20,000 bases of DNA. Origin: an uncultured virus (IMG/VR IMGVR_UViG_3300037313_002214) (taxonomy: Duplodnaviria > Heunggongvirae > Uroviricota > Caudoviricetes). The position numbers and the translations under genes were made by a program. Below are positions 6,488 through 16,378 of this stretch, piece after piece. Position 1 is the first letter of the stretch, and every line of letters starts with the position of its first letter. The notes beneath the pieces are model-generated. The model made no database searches. It was not told the DNA's origin and saw nothing but the letters and a program-made list of their open reading frames with translations. Where the stretch lies: IMG/VR virus record IMGVR_UViG_3300037313_002214; one strand, given 5' to 3'.

Positions 6488-7113
6488 AAATGGCGAAACC
6501 TTCCGAGCGCGACATCGAAGCAGCCGGCGACCTGATGTCCATTCTGCACGACATTGACAAGGGTTATTACCCCGAGCGCGGCGCAAAGGAGAATGCGCCG
6601 ACGTTCTTTGACGAAGAAGATCCCGAGCATCTGCGCGCCTTCTACGATGCCGTCAAGGCCACGCTGGATAAAGGGCCTGGTTATCCCGGCCGCGTCATCG
6701 GTGGCATGTGTTACGTGATCATGTGGGATAAGAACGAGATCGTCGATCCTGCGGCCGATGTGATCGAGCTCCATCCACGTCTGGTTGAGGCGCTGAGCTT
6801 TCAGGGTGCGACAACACTGGCGGCTAAAGACGTGCTGGCCGAGCGCAGACGGCAAGTCGAGCAAGAAGGCTGGCATCCTGATCAGGACGACGACTACGAG
6901 GATGGGCAGCTTTCCATGGCCGCTGCGTGCTATGCCATGCAAGGCAACGCCCTTAACTACGGGCCACCTGAAGATTGGCCGTGGGACAAGGAATGGTGGA
7001 AGCCGACGGACGACCGCCGGAACCTGGTTAAAGCTGCTGCCTTGATCCTGGCCGACATCGAACGCATCGACCGGGCTACTGCAGCGCCATGCCAGAACGG
7101 CGGTGCAGCATGA
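6484..7113 (+). CDS. Conserved phage protein with C-terminal 'DVLAERRRQ...EGW...WPW...WWKP...RRNLVKAAALILA.IER' domain
   Basis: Recognisable all-alpha phage domain; translationally coupled on both sides. Confidence 0.8.
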   Translation: MKMAKPSERDIEAAGDLMSILHDIDKGYYPERGAKENAPTFFDEEDPEHLRAFYDAVKATLDKGPGYPGRVIGGMCYVIMWDKNEIVDPAADVIELHPRLVEALSFQGATTLAAKDVLAERRRQVEQEGWHPDQDDDYEDGQLSMAAACYAMQGNALNYGPPEDWPWDKEWWKPTDDRRNLVKAAALILADIERIDRATAAPCQNGGAA

Positions 7114-7559
7114 GCCGCTCCCGCTACGTCACCCCATCCCGCACCGTGGAGCGCATCGAGCGCGTGCGCACCCTGATCACTGCCCTGCAGGTCAGCGAAC
7201 TCTCGCGCGATGAGGTCGGCGGTCTGCTCGCCATCGGCCCGTCGGGCGTTCGCAAGTACATGGTCGACCTGCACGGCCTCGTCGAATCGGTGTATGTCGC
7301 TGGCCACCTGGTGTGCCGCCTCACGAGCGACGCAGCGAAGGTCGACGCCTACCTCGCCAGGCTGGACGAGCAAGCAGCTTCGCGCCCGGCGAAGCCTCGC
7401 AAGTGCGAACTGACGATCGCGGCTCAGGATCCGGCGCGCCACTTCCACATCATGGAGGACGACGTCGAGTTCAAGGTGCGCGTGTCGAAGGCCATTCCGG
7501 CGCATCACCCGCTGATGGCGGCGTTCTTCAACTTGGTGCCGTCGGGGGTGTGGGCATGA
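7110..7559 (+). CDS. Hypothetical protein, probable winged HTH
   Basis: ATGA overlap at 7110; LSRDEVGGLLAIGPSGVRKYMVDL HTH-like segment. Confidence 0.7.
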   Translation: MSRSRYVTPSRTVERIERVRTLITALQVSELSRDEVGGLLAIGPSGVRKYMVDLHGLVESVYVAGHLVCRLTSDAAKVDAYLARLDEQAASRPAKPRKCELTIAAQDPARHFHIMEDDVEFKVRVSKAIPAHHPLMAAFFNLVPSGVWA

Positions 7560-9553
7560 AGCGTGATCTCATGACCATGGGTCTCGACCTCGGCTCTGAA
7601 CTCATCATCGACAACTTCGCCGGCGGCGGCGGAACCAGTACCGGTCTCGAGGCGGCGTTCGGACGTCCGGTCGATATCGCGATCAACCATGACCCGGAAG
7701 CGCTCGCGATGCACGCCATCAATCACCCGTACACAAAGCACCTTTGCGAGAGCGTGTGGGACGTCGACCCGATCGAGGTAACGAACAATCAGCCTGTTGG
7801 CCTGGTTTGGCTGTCACCGGACTGCAAGCACTTCAGCAAAGCAAAGGGCGGAAAGCCGGTCGAGAAGAAGATCCGCGGCCTGGCGTGGGTGACGATGCGC
7901 TGGGCGGCAAAGTGCAAACCGCGCGTCATCATGCTGGAGAACGTCGAGGAGTTCCAGACGTGGGGCCCGCTGACGATGAAGGTCGTTGACGGCGCCGAAG
8001 TCTGGTATCCGGATCCGGCAAAGCGGGGCGTCACGTTCCGGAGCTTCGTTCGCCAGTTGGAGGGGCACGGCTACAAGGTCGAATATCGTGAGTTGCGCGC
8101 CTGCGACCACGATACGCCGACCATCCGAAAGCGCTTCTTCCTGGTCGCGCGCCGTGATGGTCTGCCGATCCGTTGGCCGATGGCGACGCATGGTGCTCCG
8201 GACTCCGTCGGCGTCCGTGCCGGTAAGCTGCAGCCGTACCGCACCGCGGCGGAATGCATCGACTGGGCGCTGCCGTGCCCGTCGATCTTCGATCGCAAGC
8301 GTCCCTTGGCGGATGCAACGCTGCGCCGTATCGCAAAGGGCATCATGCGGTACGTCGTGGACGCAGAATCGCCGTTCATCGTCGGCCGAGGAGCCGCAGT
8401 TGTGCCGAGTATCGTCCCGGTCACGCATCAGGGCGGCGATCGTAGCGAATCCGTGCGCGAGCCGTTCCGAACTATCACCGGTGCCCAGCGCGGTGAGAAA
8501 GCCCTGGCGACAGCCACGATGGTGCAAGTCGGGTACGGCGAGCGTGAAGGCCAGGCGCCCCGTGCGCTCGACATCGAGAAGCCGCTTGGCACCGTGGTTG
8601 GATCGAGTAAGGCGGCGCTTGTCACGGCCTTCCTGAACGAGCACGCCAATGCGAGCAACCAGCGTGTGATGCCTGCGGACGAGCCGCTGCGTACGATCTG
8701 CGCCCAGGTCAAGGGTGGGCACTTCAGCATGGTGTCGGCAGCGCTTGTCGGGGTTGGAGGCCGCGCCGGCGACAGCCGTCCACGTGGCGCCGATGAGCCG
8801 ACGGCCACCATTACTGCTAAGGCGGATACCGCGGTTGCGACGGCGTTCCTCGCGAAGCACTACACGGGGGTCGTAGGTTCTCAGCTCGAGCAGCCGATCG
8901 GCACGGTGACCAGCACGGATCACCACAGCTTGGTGACAGCGCATCTGACCAAGTTCCGCACCGGATCGACCGGCAGCGACATGGTTGATCCGATGCCGAC
9001 CATCACCGCGGGCCCAAAAGAAAATCCGGCCGGCGCTCCGCATGCGCTTGGCGTGGTGACCAGCAACCTTATCAAGCTTCGTGGCACGTCAACGGCTGCG
9101 AGCATGGACGAGCCGATCGGCACGATCAGCGCCCAGGGGCAGCATCATGCCGAGGTGCGCGCATTCCTGCTCAAGTACTACGGCACTGATCAGGATCCGC
9201 GACTGGGGGAGCCGTTGCACACCGTGACGACGAAAGATCGTTATGGCTTGGTGACGATCCAGGGGCAGGATTACGAGATCGTCGACATCGGTCTGCGCAT
9301 GCTCGCTCCGCACGAACTGTATCGCGCTCAGGGCTTCCCGGCCGATTACATCATCGACGAGATTCCTGACCCGGCGAAGCTGTTCGTCGACGGCCATCAG
9401 GTCGACGTTGATCCACTTTCGCTGCCACGCGTCCCGCTGACCAAGTCTGCGCAGGTCCGCATGTGCGGCAACAGTGTGTGCCCGCCGCTTTCGGAAGCGC
9501 TCATCCGCGCGAACTTCGCGCACGAACGTCAAATTGCCGGGAGGGCAGCATGA
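7556..9553 (+). CDS. C5 DNA cytosine methyltransferase (phage type, 665 aa)
   Basis: Motif I DNFAGGGG, IV SPDC, VI ENV, VIII RKRFF, IX R..AQGFP, X GNSV; ATG 7556 overlaps previous stop. Confidence 0.95.
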   Translation: MKRDLMTMGLDLGSELIIDNFAGGGGTSTGLEAAFGRPVDIAINHDPEALAMHAINHPYTKHLCESVWDVDPIEVTNNQPVGLVWLSPDCKHFSKAKGGKPVEKKIRGLAWVTMRWAAKCKPRVIMLENVEEFQTWGPLTMKVVDGAEVWYPDPAKRGVTFRSFVRQLEGHGYKVEYRELRACDHDTPTIRKRFFLVARRDGLPIRWPMATHGAPDSVGVRAGKLQPYRTAAECIDWALPCPSIFDRKRPLADATLRRIAKGIMRYVVDAESPFIVGRGAAVVPSIVPVTHQGGDRSESVREPFRTITGAQRGEKALATATMVQVGYGEREGQAPRALDIEKPLGTVVGSSKAALVTAFLNEHANASNQRVMPADEPLRTICAQVKGGHFSMVSAALVGVGGRAGDSRPRGADEPTATITAKADTAVATAFLAKHYTGVVGSQLEQPIGTVTSTDHHSLVTAHLTKFRTGSTGSDMVDPMPTITAGPKENPAGAPHALGVVTSNLIKLRGTSTAASMDEPIGTISAQGQHHAEVRAFLLKYYGTDQDPRLGEPLHTVTTKDRYGLVTIQGQDYEIVDIGLRMLAPHELYRAQGFPADYIIDEIPDPAKLFVDGHQVDVDPLSLPRVPLTKSAQVRMCGNSVCPPLSEALIRANFAHERQIAGRAA

Positions 9554-9978
9554 CCCAACGTCAAAACATCCGCCGCCCGCAACCGGGCGAGATCCCGTAC
9601 CTTGCCGGCGAGTACCTATACAAGTACGGCTCCTGCACCGAGGCCGAATTGTTCCTGGCCGTGAACTTTGGGAAAAGCAAGTATGAGCGCGACGTTGCCC
9701 TGCAAGGCGCAATTCGTGGCGGCTGGCTGATCGAAACCGAGCGCGGAAAGATCGCCTGCAGCCGAGCAGCTACCGACTACTACGACGAGCAGAGCGAGAA
9801 GCCGGAAGAGAAGTACGTCGGCCAGATCGCTCCGGCGCCGACGCGCAACGTGTTCGCAAGCCCGGGCCTGAGCAAGAAGTACCAGATCAACAGCCGCGGT
9901 ACGCGCCTGGACATTCCGGCCTGGTCGAATCGTCCGGAGGGCTTTGGGTTCAAGAGCATTGCTGGAGGTGATGCATGA
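9550..9978 (+). CDS. Hypothetical phage protein
   Basis: ATGA coupling at both ends. Confidence 0.7.
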   Translation: MTQRQNIRRPQPGEIPYLAGEYLYKYGSCTEAELFLAVNFGKSKYERDVALQGAIRGGWLIETERGKIACSRAATDYYDEQSEKPEEKYVGQIAPAPTRNVFASPGLSKKYQINSRGTRLDIPAWSNRPEGFGFKSIAGGDA

Positions 9979-10370
9979 GCGCCGCCTTCAACGAACGCGG
10001 TCCGTTTCGGGTCGGCGAGGTGTGCATCATCGTCAAAACCATAAGCTTCCCGGAGTTGATGGGGCGTGAGGTCACGATCATCTCGCCACCTACCCGCGGC
10101 GTTATTGCCAATACAGGCGAAGAGGTTGTTGGCTATTTGGTTGACTTGGTTCACCGAGGGCGTCGGATTGGAGTTCCAGAGGATTGTCTTCGCCGGCGCC
10201 GTCCCCCTGCCACTGGCGAGCAGATGATCCGAGCCATGTTCGATGTGTCGGCAGCCGAGCGGCGTAAGCCTGCGCCCGCCTGGCAGGCGCCATACGACAC
10301 CGCACAAGCACTGATGAAGATGGGCGCGCGCGTCAAGTCTGGGAGGTTGGCAGTGGAGGTTGTGGCATGA
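9975..10370 (+). CDS. Hypothetical phage protein
   Basis: GGAGG RBS; ATGA coupling. Confidence 0.7.
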   Translation: MSAAFNERGPFRVGEVCIIVKTISFPELMGREVTIISPPTRGVIANTGEEVVGYLVDLVHRGRRIGVPEDCLRRRRPPATGEQMIRAMFDVSAAERRKPAPAWQAPYDTAQALMKMGARVKSGRLAVEVVA

Positions 10371-11053
10371 AAGAGCGCCCAATCCTCTTCAGCGGCCCGA
10401 TGGTGCGCGCACTGCTCGATGGGACGAAAACGCAGTCGCGGCGCGCACTGCGTTATCAGCCCGACTACCCAATCCAAATAGCCACGGACCCGCATACCAA
10501 TCGGTTTCAGTACGGCGGCCAAGAACCGATTACGGAGGCAGCGCTGTTGCGCGATTGCCCGTATGGCCGGCCTGGCGATCGCCTGTGGGTGCGAGAGACC
10601 ACGCATCGCCGGCCAATGCTGAATCTTCTGACTGGGGAGCCGCTTGCGCCCAAGTACGACGGAGGCGCTTACACCGTTGACGGCGTCGACGTGCTGACGC
10701 CTGATGGGTTCGACATCGCATGGTGGTACTCGCGCAAAGCCTGTCCGTCCATCCACATGCCTCGCTGGGCCAGCCGCATCCTGCTGGAGATCACCGGCGT
10801 GCGCGTCGAGCGGCTGCAGGACATCAGCCCGCGCGACGCGCGCGAAGAAGGATTGCATCGGTACCCGTACGACTGGCACGATTCCGAATTCCCGCTGGAC
10901 GACGTGGCATATGAACCGTTCGCCGGGTTCGGCACCCGCTATTCCTGTGCGTCGCAGGCCTACCGCGCGCTATGGGAGAGCATCAACGGTGCCGGCAGCT
11001 GGGACGTCAATCCCTGGGTGTGGGTGGTCGAGTTCAAGCGGGTGGCGCCATGA
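10367..11053 (+). CDS. ASCH/PUA-like conserved phage protein
   Basis: MKERPILFSGPMVRALLDGTKTQSRR...CPYGRPGDRLWVRET...PSIHMPRWASRILLEIT...NPWVWVVEF. Confidence 0.85.
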   Translation: MKERPILFSGPMVRALLDGTKTQSRRALRYQPDYPIQIATDPHTNRFQYGGQEPITEAALLRDCPYGRPGDRLWVRETTHRRPMLNLLTGEPLAPKYDGGAYTVDGVDVLTPDGFDIAWWYSRKACPSIHMPRWASRILLEITGVRVERLQDISPRDAREEGLHRYPYDWHDSEFPLDDVAYEPFAGFGTRYSCASQAYRALWESINGAGSWDVNPWVWVVEFKRVAP

Positions 11054-11058
11054 AAACG

Positions 11059-11310
11059 TTACCCCTTAACTTCCCGCTGAAAGCCGGCATACGTCACCTC
11101 AACGTCAAAGTCATTTTGCACCGCGTTGCTAACGTCTATGTACGTGCTGTTGTAGCCAAAGCCGGCAATCGCAATCCCCATGATATTGCCACCCGTAGCA
11201 CCCTGTGGGTGGGGCAAGAACGCCATGCCTGGAGAGTAATCCGGGTGCTCCTGCAGGCGGCGGTTCAGTTCTGCAATGTACAGGTCTTCGTTCAGTCGTG
11301 GCTTTTCCAT
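11059..11310 (-). CDS. Hypothetical protein on the opposite strand (moron-like insertion)
   Basis: AAGGAG RBS; TGcTAGGAT extended -10 candidate near 11335-11343; fills the gap between two + genes. Confidence 0.7.
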   Translation of the reverse strand: MEKPRLNEDLYIAELNRRLQEHPDYSPGMAFLPHPQGATGGNIMGIAIAGFGYNSTYIDVSNAVQNDFDVEVTYAGFQREVKG

Positions 11311-11342
11311 GGGCGACTCCTTGTCAAAAAGGACATCCTAGC

Positions 11343-11894
11343 ATGCTGAGCCGGTCAGCCCTAAAGCCAGGCAAGCCACTCCAGCGCAAGACGCCGATGT
11401 CGCGCGGCAGCGGCTTCAAGACCCCATCCTCCGGCGCCGGCGTGCTGCGCGTAGCTGCGGTTCGACACAAGACTGCTAAGGAGGCGAAGACGCTGAAGCT
11501 GACCAAGCCGCGTAAGCAGCTGAAATCGAATGGCCCGAAGATGACGCCGATCCGCGCCTCGGCCCAGGGCCAGGACTGCACGCTGCGCTTCCCAGGCATC
11601 TGTAACCGAAACCCGGACACCACTGTCTGGTGCCACTCGAACCGTCTGGCGGACGGTAAGGGCATGGGCCTGAAAGCGCCGGACGAGGAAGGCTGCTATG
11701 GGTGTTACGACTGCCACGCTTGGCTCGACGGCGGGTATGCGGCCAGCGGGACCAGTAGGGAATCGGTTGACGCGCGCTTCGACGCTGCCCGGGAAGAGAG
11801 CCGGCAGATCTTGCGGGCTAAAGGCCTGCTTCGAAATAGCGAGACCGCGCCGGTTGCAGCCGCCGCGGCCTCTGAACAAATCACCGTGGAGTAA
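11343..11894 (+). CDS. DUF1364/YbcO-like putative Zn nuclease
   Basis: CTLRFPGICNRNPDTTVWCH...GMGLK..D...CYDCHAWLDG signature. Confidence 0.8.
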   Translation: MLSRSALKPGKPLQRKTPMSRGSGFKTPSSGAGVLRVAAVRHKTAKEAKTLKLTKPRKQLKSNGPKMTPIRASAQGQDCTLRFPGICNRNPDTTVWCHSNRLADGKGMGLKAPDEEGCYGCYDCHAWLDGGYAASGTSRESVDARFDAAREESRQILRAKGLLRNSETAPVAAAAASEQITVE

Positions 11895-11896
11895 TT

Positions 11897-14515
11897 ATGT
11901 CTGGCAACATTTTACAAGAATATAACGCCTTCCTTCGCGATAAGATCCGCCTGGCGCCGGCGCGTGGCTTCGATGTGCAACTCGACCAGATCAATCCGGG
12001 TCTCAAGCCGCACACTCGCGACATCGTCCGATGGGCTCTGCAGGGCGGCCAGCGCGCCATCTTCGCCTCGTTCGGCCTGCATAAGACCAGCACGAACCTC
12101 GAGGTAATGCGCCAGATAGGTATCCGCTTTCCGGAGATGTACCGGCTGATCGTCCTGCCGCTCGGGGTGCGCCAGGAGTTTGCCCGCGAAGTCGCCAAGC
12201 GCTTCACCAGTGACTATGCCATCGATCTGAAGTTCATCCGGTCGGACGCCGAAATCGACGGCCCCGGTACCGTCTACATGACGAACTATGAATCGGTCCG
12301 CGAAGGCAAGATCACGATCGGCCGCTTTGGCGCGACGTCGCTGGACGAGGCGAGCGTCCTGCGCAGTTACGGCAGCAAGACCTATCAGGAGTTCTTGCCG
12401 ATGTTCGACCAGGTCGAGTTCAAGTTCGTCTTCACGGCGACGCCGAGCCCGAACCGCTTCAAGGAGCTGATCCACTATGCTGGTTTCCTGGGCGTCATGG
12501 ACACCGGGCAGGCCCTGACCCGCTTTTTCCAGCGCGACAGCGAGAAGGCCGGCAACCTGACGCTCTACCCGCACAAGGAGCAGGAGTTCTGGCTGTGGGT
12601 TGCCAGTTGGGCGTGCTTCATCCGCCGTCCGAGTGACCTGGGTCATTCGGACGAAGGCTATGACCTGCCTCCACTCGAGGTGCGTTACCACGAGGTGCCG
12701 AGCGACTATGAAGCTGCGGGCGCGGAGAAGAACGGACAGGGCCTCCTGATCCCGAACGTCGCAATGGGGCTTTCGGCTGCAGCCGGCGAGAAGCGTCAAA
12801 GTATGGCTGCTCGCGTTGCGAAGGTGGCGGAAATCGTTGGCGAGGCACCGAACGACCACTTTGTCGTCTGGCATGACCTCGAGGATGAGCGCCATGCCAT
12901 TCAGGCGGCGGTGCCGGAAGCGATGAGCGTTTGGGGTACGCAGGACCTGGAGCAGCGCGAGCAGCGCATCGCAGACTTTAGCGACGGTAAGTTTCGGATC
13001 CTTTCGACCAAGCCGATTATCGCCGGATCCGGCTGCAACTTCCAGGTGCACTGCCACCGCGAGATCTTCGCTGGTATCGGGTTCAAGTTCAACGACTTCA
13101 TACAGGCCGTCCACCGCGTGCAGCGGTTCCAGCAAACGCGCCCGGTCGTCATCGACATCATCCACACGGAGGTCGAGCGCGCGGTGCTGGCCGAGTTGCA
13201 AGAGAAGTGGCGCCGACACGACGAGATGCAGGAAAAGATGGGCGAGATCATCCGCACCTATGGCCTGGACCAGCTGTCGATGCAGGATTCACTCGCGCGC
13301 ACGATCGGCGTCGAGCGGCATGTCGTGAAGGGCGAGCGCTTCACGGTGGCGAACAACGATTGCGTGCTGGAGGCGATCGAGCAGCCGGACAACTCGGTCG
13401 GACTGATCGTCACCAGCATCCCGTTCGCGAATCACTACGAGTACACGCCCAGCTACAACGACTTTGGCCATACCCAGGACAACGCCCACTTCTGGGCGCA
13501 GATGGACTTCCTGACGCCGCAGCTGCACCGGATCCTGCAGCCGGGGCGCATCTATGCCTGTCACGTCAAGGATAGGATCAACTTCGGGAATGTGACCGGC
13601 GCCGGCGTGCCGACCGTAAGTCCATTCCACGCCGAAGCGCTGTTTCATGGGATGAAGCACGGCTTCGACTACATGGGCATGATCACGGTCGTTACCGACG
13701 TCGTGCGCGAGAACAACCAGACCTACCGACTGGGCTACAGCGAGGTGTGCAAGGACGGCACGAAGATGGGCGTCGGCTCGCCGGAATACATCCTGCTGTT
13801 CCACAAGCCGCAGTCCGATCGCAGCCGAGGCTACGCTGACGTTCCAGTGACAAAGGCAAAGCCGCTTTGTCAGGACGACGACGGCATGCCAGTTAGCTTC
13901 GATCGTCGTCTCGCGCCGATCCCCGGTACCGGCTACAGCGTCGCGCGCTGGCAGGTCGATGCCCATGCGTTCTGGCGATCGAGTGGAGATCGCCTGCTCA
14001 GTGCAGCCGAGTTGGCCAGCTATGGTCCTGCCAAGCTGGCGAAGATGTTCACGGACTTGTCGCTGTCGAATGTCTACAACTACGAATACCACGTAGCGGT
14101 TGGCGAAGCCATGCTCGCCAATAAGACGCTGCCGGCCGATTACCTTAGCTTGGCGCCCGGGAGCAGCGATCCGATGGTCTGGCATGACATCGTGCGTATG
14201 CGCACCCTGAACGGCGAGCAGTCGGCACGCGCGGTCGAGAAGCACGTCTGCCCATTCCAGATCGACATCGTCGACCGCCTCATCCAGCGCTACAGCAACC
14301 CGGACGACATCGTCTATGACCCATTCTGCGGCCTGGGTACGGTACCGGTCAGGGCGATGAAGCTGGGTCGCCGCGGCGCCGGATCGGAGCTCAACCCATC
14401 CTACTTCGCGGACCAGGTGCACTACTGCCGTGCGATGGAGCGCGAGGTCAGCATGCCGTCGCTCTTCGACATGGAGGCGATGGATGCGGAGCAGCCGGAG
14501 CGGGAGGCAGCATGA
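11897..14515 (+). CDS. SNF2-like helicase fused to N4/N6 (beta-class) DNA methyltransferase
   Basis: FGLHKT (Walker A variant), LDEAS, TATP, QAVHRVQRF helicase motifs; IVTSIPF (motif IV variant), HVCPF and DPFCGLGT (motif I). Confidence 0.9.
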   Translation: MSGNILQEYNAFLRDKIRLAPARGFDVQLDQINPGLKPHTRDIVRWALQGGQRAIFASFGLHKTSTNLEVMRQIGIRFPEMYRLIVLPLGVRQEFAREVAKRFTSDYAIDLKFIRSDAEIDGPGTVYMTNYESVREGKITIGRFGATSLDEASVLRSYGSKTYQEFLPMFDQVEFKFVFTATPSPNRFKELIHYAGFLGVMDTGQALTRFFQRDSEKAGNLTLYPHKEQEFWLWVASWACFIRRPSDLGHSDEGYDLPPLEVRYHEVPSDYEAAGAEKNGQGLLIPNVAMGLSAAAGEKRQSMAARVAKVAEIVGEAPNDHFVVWHDLEDERHAIQAAVPEAMSVWGTQDLEQREQRIADFSDGKFRILSTKPIIAGSGCNFQVHCHREIFAGIGFKFNDFIQAVHRVQRFQQTRPVVIDIIHTEVERAVLAELQEKWRRHDEMQEKMGEIIRTYGLDQLSMQDSLARTIGVERHVVKGERFTVANNDCVLEAIEQPDNSVGLIVTSIPFANHYEYTPSYNDFGHTQDNAHFWAQMDFLTPQLHRILQPGRIYACHVKDRINFGNVTGAGVPTVSPFHAEALFHGMKHGFDYMGMITVVTDVVRENNQTYRLGYSEVCKDGTKMGVGSPEYILLFHKPQSDRSRGYADVPVTKAKPLCQDDDGMPVSFDRRLAPIPGTGYSVARWQVDAHAFWRSSGDRLLSAAELASYGPAKLAKMFTDLSLSNVYNYEYHVAVGEAMLANKTLPADYLSLAPGSSDPMVWHDIVRMRTLNGEQSARAVEKHVCPFQIDIVDRLIQRYSNPDDIVYDPFCGLGTVPVRAMKLGRRGAGSELNPSYFADQVHYCRAMEREVSMPSLFDMEAMDAEQPEREAA

Positions 14516-15000
14516 AGAAGCCGCGCAACAAGAAATACCGCCCGAAGGGCTACACAACCAACGTCCTGTCGATCTTCGGTGGCATGAGCGACACCCACCG
14601 CGACAAGCTGCAGGAGATCCAGACCCTCAATCACTTGGCCATGGTCGACATGGCGCAAGGGCGGGGCACCCGCGCACAGTGGAACCGCATCGTAGGCGCC
14701 ATCAACATCGCAAACGTCATGTGCGAGATGGGCATTGGCGACGAGTTCCGCCAGACGACCATCGCTGCGCGCGACGCGCTGCTCTCCATCGGTAAGCGTG
14801 CGGCACTCACTAACGATCGTTTCGTCTGCACTGGCCCCGAGCTCACGGCCATCAATCACGCCCTGGACTGCCACGACGCGCAGCTGGTGAACTCTCGTTC
14901 CATCGACGTCGACCACGCAGCGATCGAGGTCGCGCGCCGCGTGCGCCACCGGATCAACAGCACGAGCGTGATGCGGGAGATCCGGAAGGAGGTGGCGTGA
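14512..15000 (+). CDS. Hypothetical phage protein
   Basis: GGAGG RBS; ATGA coupling. Confidence 0.75.
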   Translation: MKKPRNKKYRPKGYTTNVLSIFGGMSDTHRDKLQEIQTLNHLAMVDMAQGRGTRAQWNRIVGAINIANVMCEMGIGDEFRQTTIAARDALLSIGKRAALTNDRFVCTGPELTAINHALDCHDAQLVNSRSIDVDHAAIEVARRVRHRINSTSVMREIRKEVA

Positions 15001-15650
15001 TGCCGAACGACGTCCGCAAGCCGGATCCGCGCCGGGCATACCAGCGCACTCGCATCCTCGCCGCTGTCCAAGCCGGGCCACTAACTGCGCAGCAAGTGGC
15101 CGACAAGCTGCACCTTTCACGCGGTGGCGCCCAGTGGCACATAAACGGAATGATGGCCGAGAAGCCGCGACTTTTGCATGTCGCGGGCCACGCCCGTAAT
15201 CAAGAGGGACAGCGATCGGCGCCGACGTATGGCCTGGGTGACAAGCCGGATGTGCCGTTTCGGAAGGCGAGAGCACCTAAGGGTCGCGTCACAGTCGACG
15301 ACCGGTACGAGCAGATTATGAAGAAGCTAGGTGCGCGCCCGATGACGGCAGCCGAGGTCGTGGACGAGATGCTGCTGCAGCGCGCCCGGGTCTACCTCAT
15401 TGATCTGCACGCCGCCGGCCGGATTCACGTCGTTTCTTGGCGCCAGGATGCGTCCGGCGCATGGCGGTCACCGGTATATGCCGTCGGAGCTGCTGCTGAC
15501 GCGGAGCGCCCGGCACCGCAGAGTGAGCATGAGAAGTGCGCCCGTTACTGGGTCAGGCTCAAGGCTGACCCGCACCGGCACGGCCACTACCTGCAGCGGA
15601 ATCGAATGCGCAAGAACCCGCAGACCTGGCTGTCTGCACTCATGGGATAG
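14997..15650 (+). CDS. Protein with two wHTH-like repeats
   Basis: GPLTAQQVADKL...LLHVAG...PTYGLG and RPMTAAEVVDEM...RIHVVS...PVYAVG internal repeat. Confidence 0.7.
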   Translation: MMPNDVRKPDPRRAYQRTRILAAVQAGPLTAQQVADKLHLSRGGAQWHINGMMAEKPRLLHVAGHARNQEGQRSAPTYGLGDKPDVPFRKARAPKGRVTVDDRYEQIMKKLGARPMTAAEVVDEMLLQRARVYLIDLHAAGRIHVVSWRQDASGAWRSPVYAVGAAADAERPAPQSEHEKCARYWVRLKADPHRHGHYLQRNRMRKNPQTWLSALMG

Positions 15651-15664
15651 GGAGGGGGATTGAC

Positions 15665-16378
15665 ATGGGATGCATGTTGAATCTGCAAACCGTTGGAAGC
15701 GGTGAAGTGACAATGTCGAGTCGCGAGATTGCCGACTTGGTCGAGTCCCGGCATGACAAGGTGAAGCAAAGCATCGAACGGCTCGCCGACCGCGGCGCCA
15801 TCTCTCATCCCCCACTGGGGGAATACCTCGATAGCCTGGGACGGCCGGCCGCGGAGTATCGTTTGACGAAACGAGACTCCTACGTCGTGGTCGCTCAGCT
15901 CTCGCCCGAGTTCACTGCGCGCCTTGTCGATCGTTGGCAGGAACTGGAAGCGCGCGCGCCGGCGCCCGTCGAGCTGTCGCGCCTGCAGATCCTCGAAATG
16001 GCAATGGAGTCCGAACGGGAGCGCGTTGCGCTTGCCGCGCAGATTGAGGCGGCGAAACCAGCGTTGGAATTCGTGGGTCGCTACGTCGAATCGACCGGCC
16101 TGATGACCTTCCGCCAGGTGGCGAAGCTGCTGAAGGTCAAGGAGCCTGAGTTCCGCCATTTTCTTCACTCGCAGAAGATCATGTACCCGCTGAATGGCGA
16201 GTGGACGGCGCACGCGAACCACATTGAGGCCGGGCGCTTCGAGATGCGCGCCGGTACCGCCCAGGGCAACGGCCACGCCTACAACACGGCCAAGTTCACC
16301 GCGAAGGGCGTGGAATGGGTCGCCGGCGAACTGGCCAAATGGCAGTTGAAGCAACGCGGGGAGTGCACCGATGTGTGA
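15665..16378 (+). CDS. Rha-family / KilAC-domain phage antirepressor
   Basis: TMSSREIADLVESRHDKVKQSIERL (Rha N-terminus); AKPALEFV...TFRQVAKLL...KFTAKGVEWV (KilAC). Confidence 0.9.
   Translation: MGCMLNLQTVGSGEVTMSSREIADLVESRHDKVKQSIERLADRGAISHPPLGEYLDSLGRPAAEYRLTKRDSYVVVAQLSPEFTARLVDRWQELEARAPAPVELSRLQILEMAMESERERVALAAQIEAAKPALEFVGRYVESTGLMTFRQVAKLLKVKEPEFRHFLHSQKIMYPLNGEWTAHANHIEAGRFEMRAGTAQGNGHAYNTAKFTAKGVEWVAGELAKWQLKQRGECTDV

Noticed and set aside
7313..7555. N-terminal extension of the methyltransferase given by the ORF track
   Set aside because: Overlaps gene 7110-7559; ATG 7556 has the ATGA coupling and sits just before motif I
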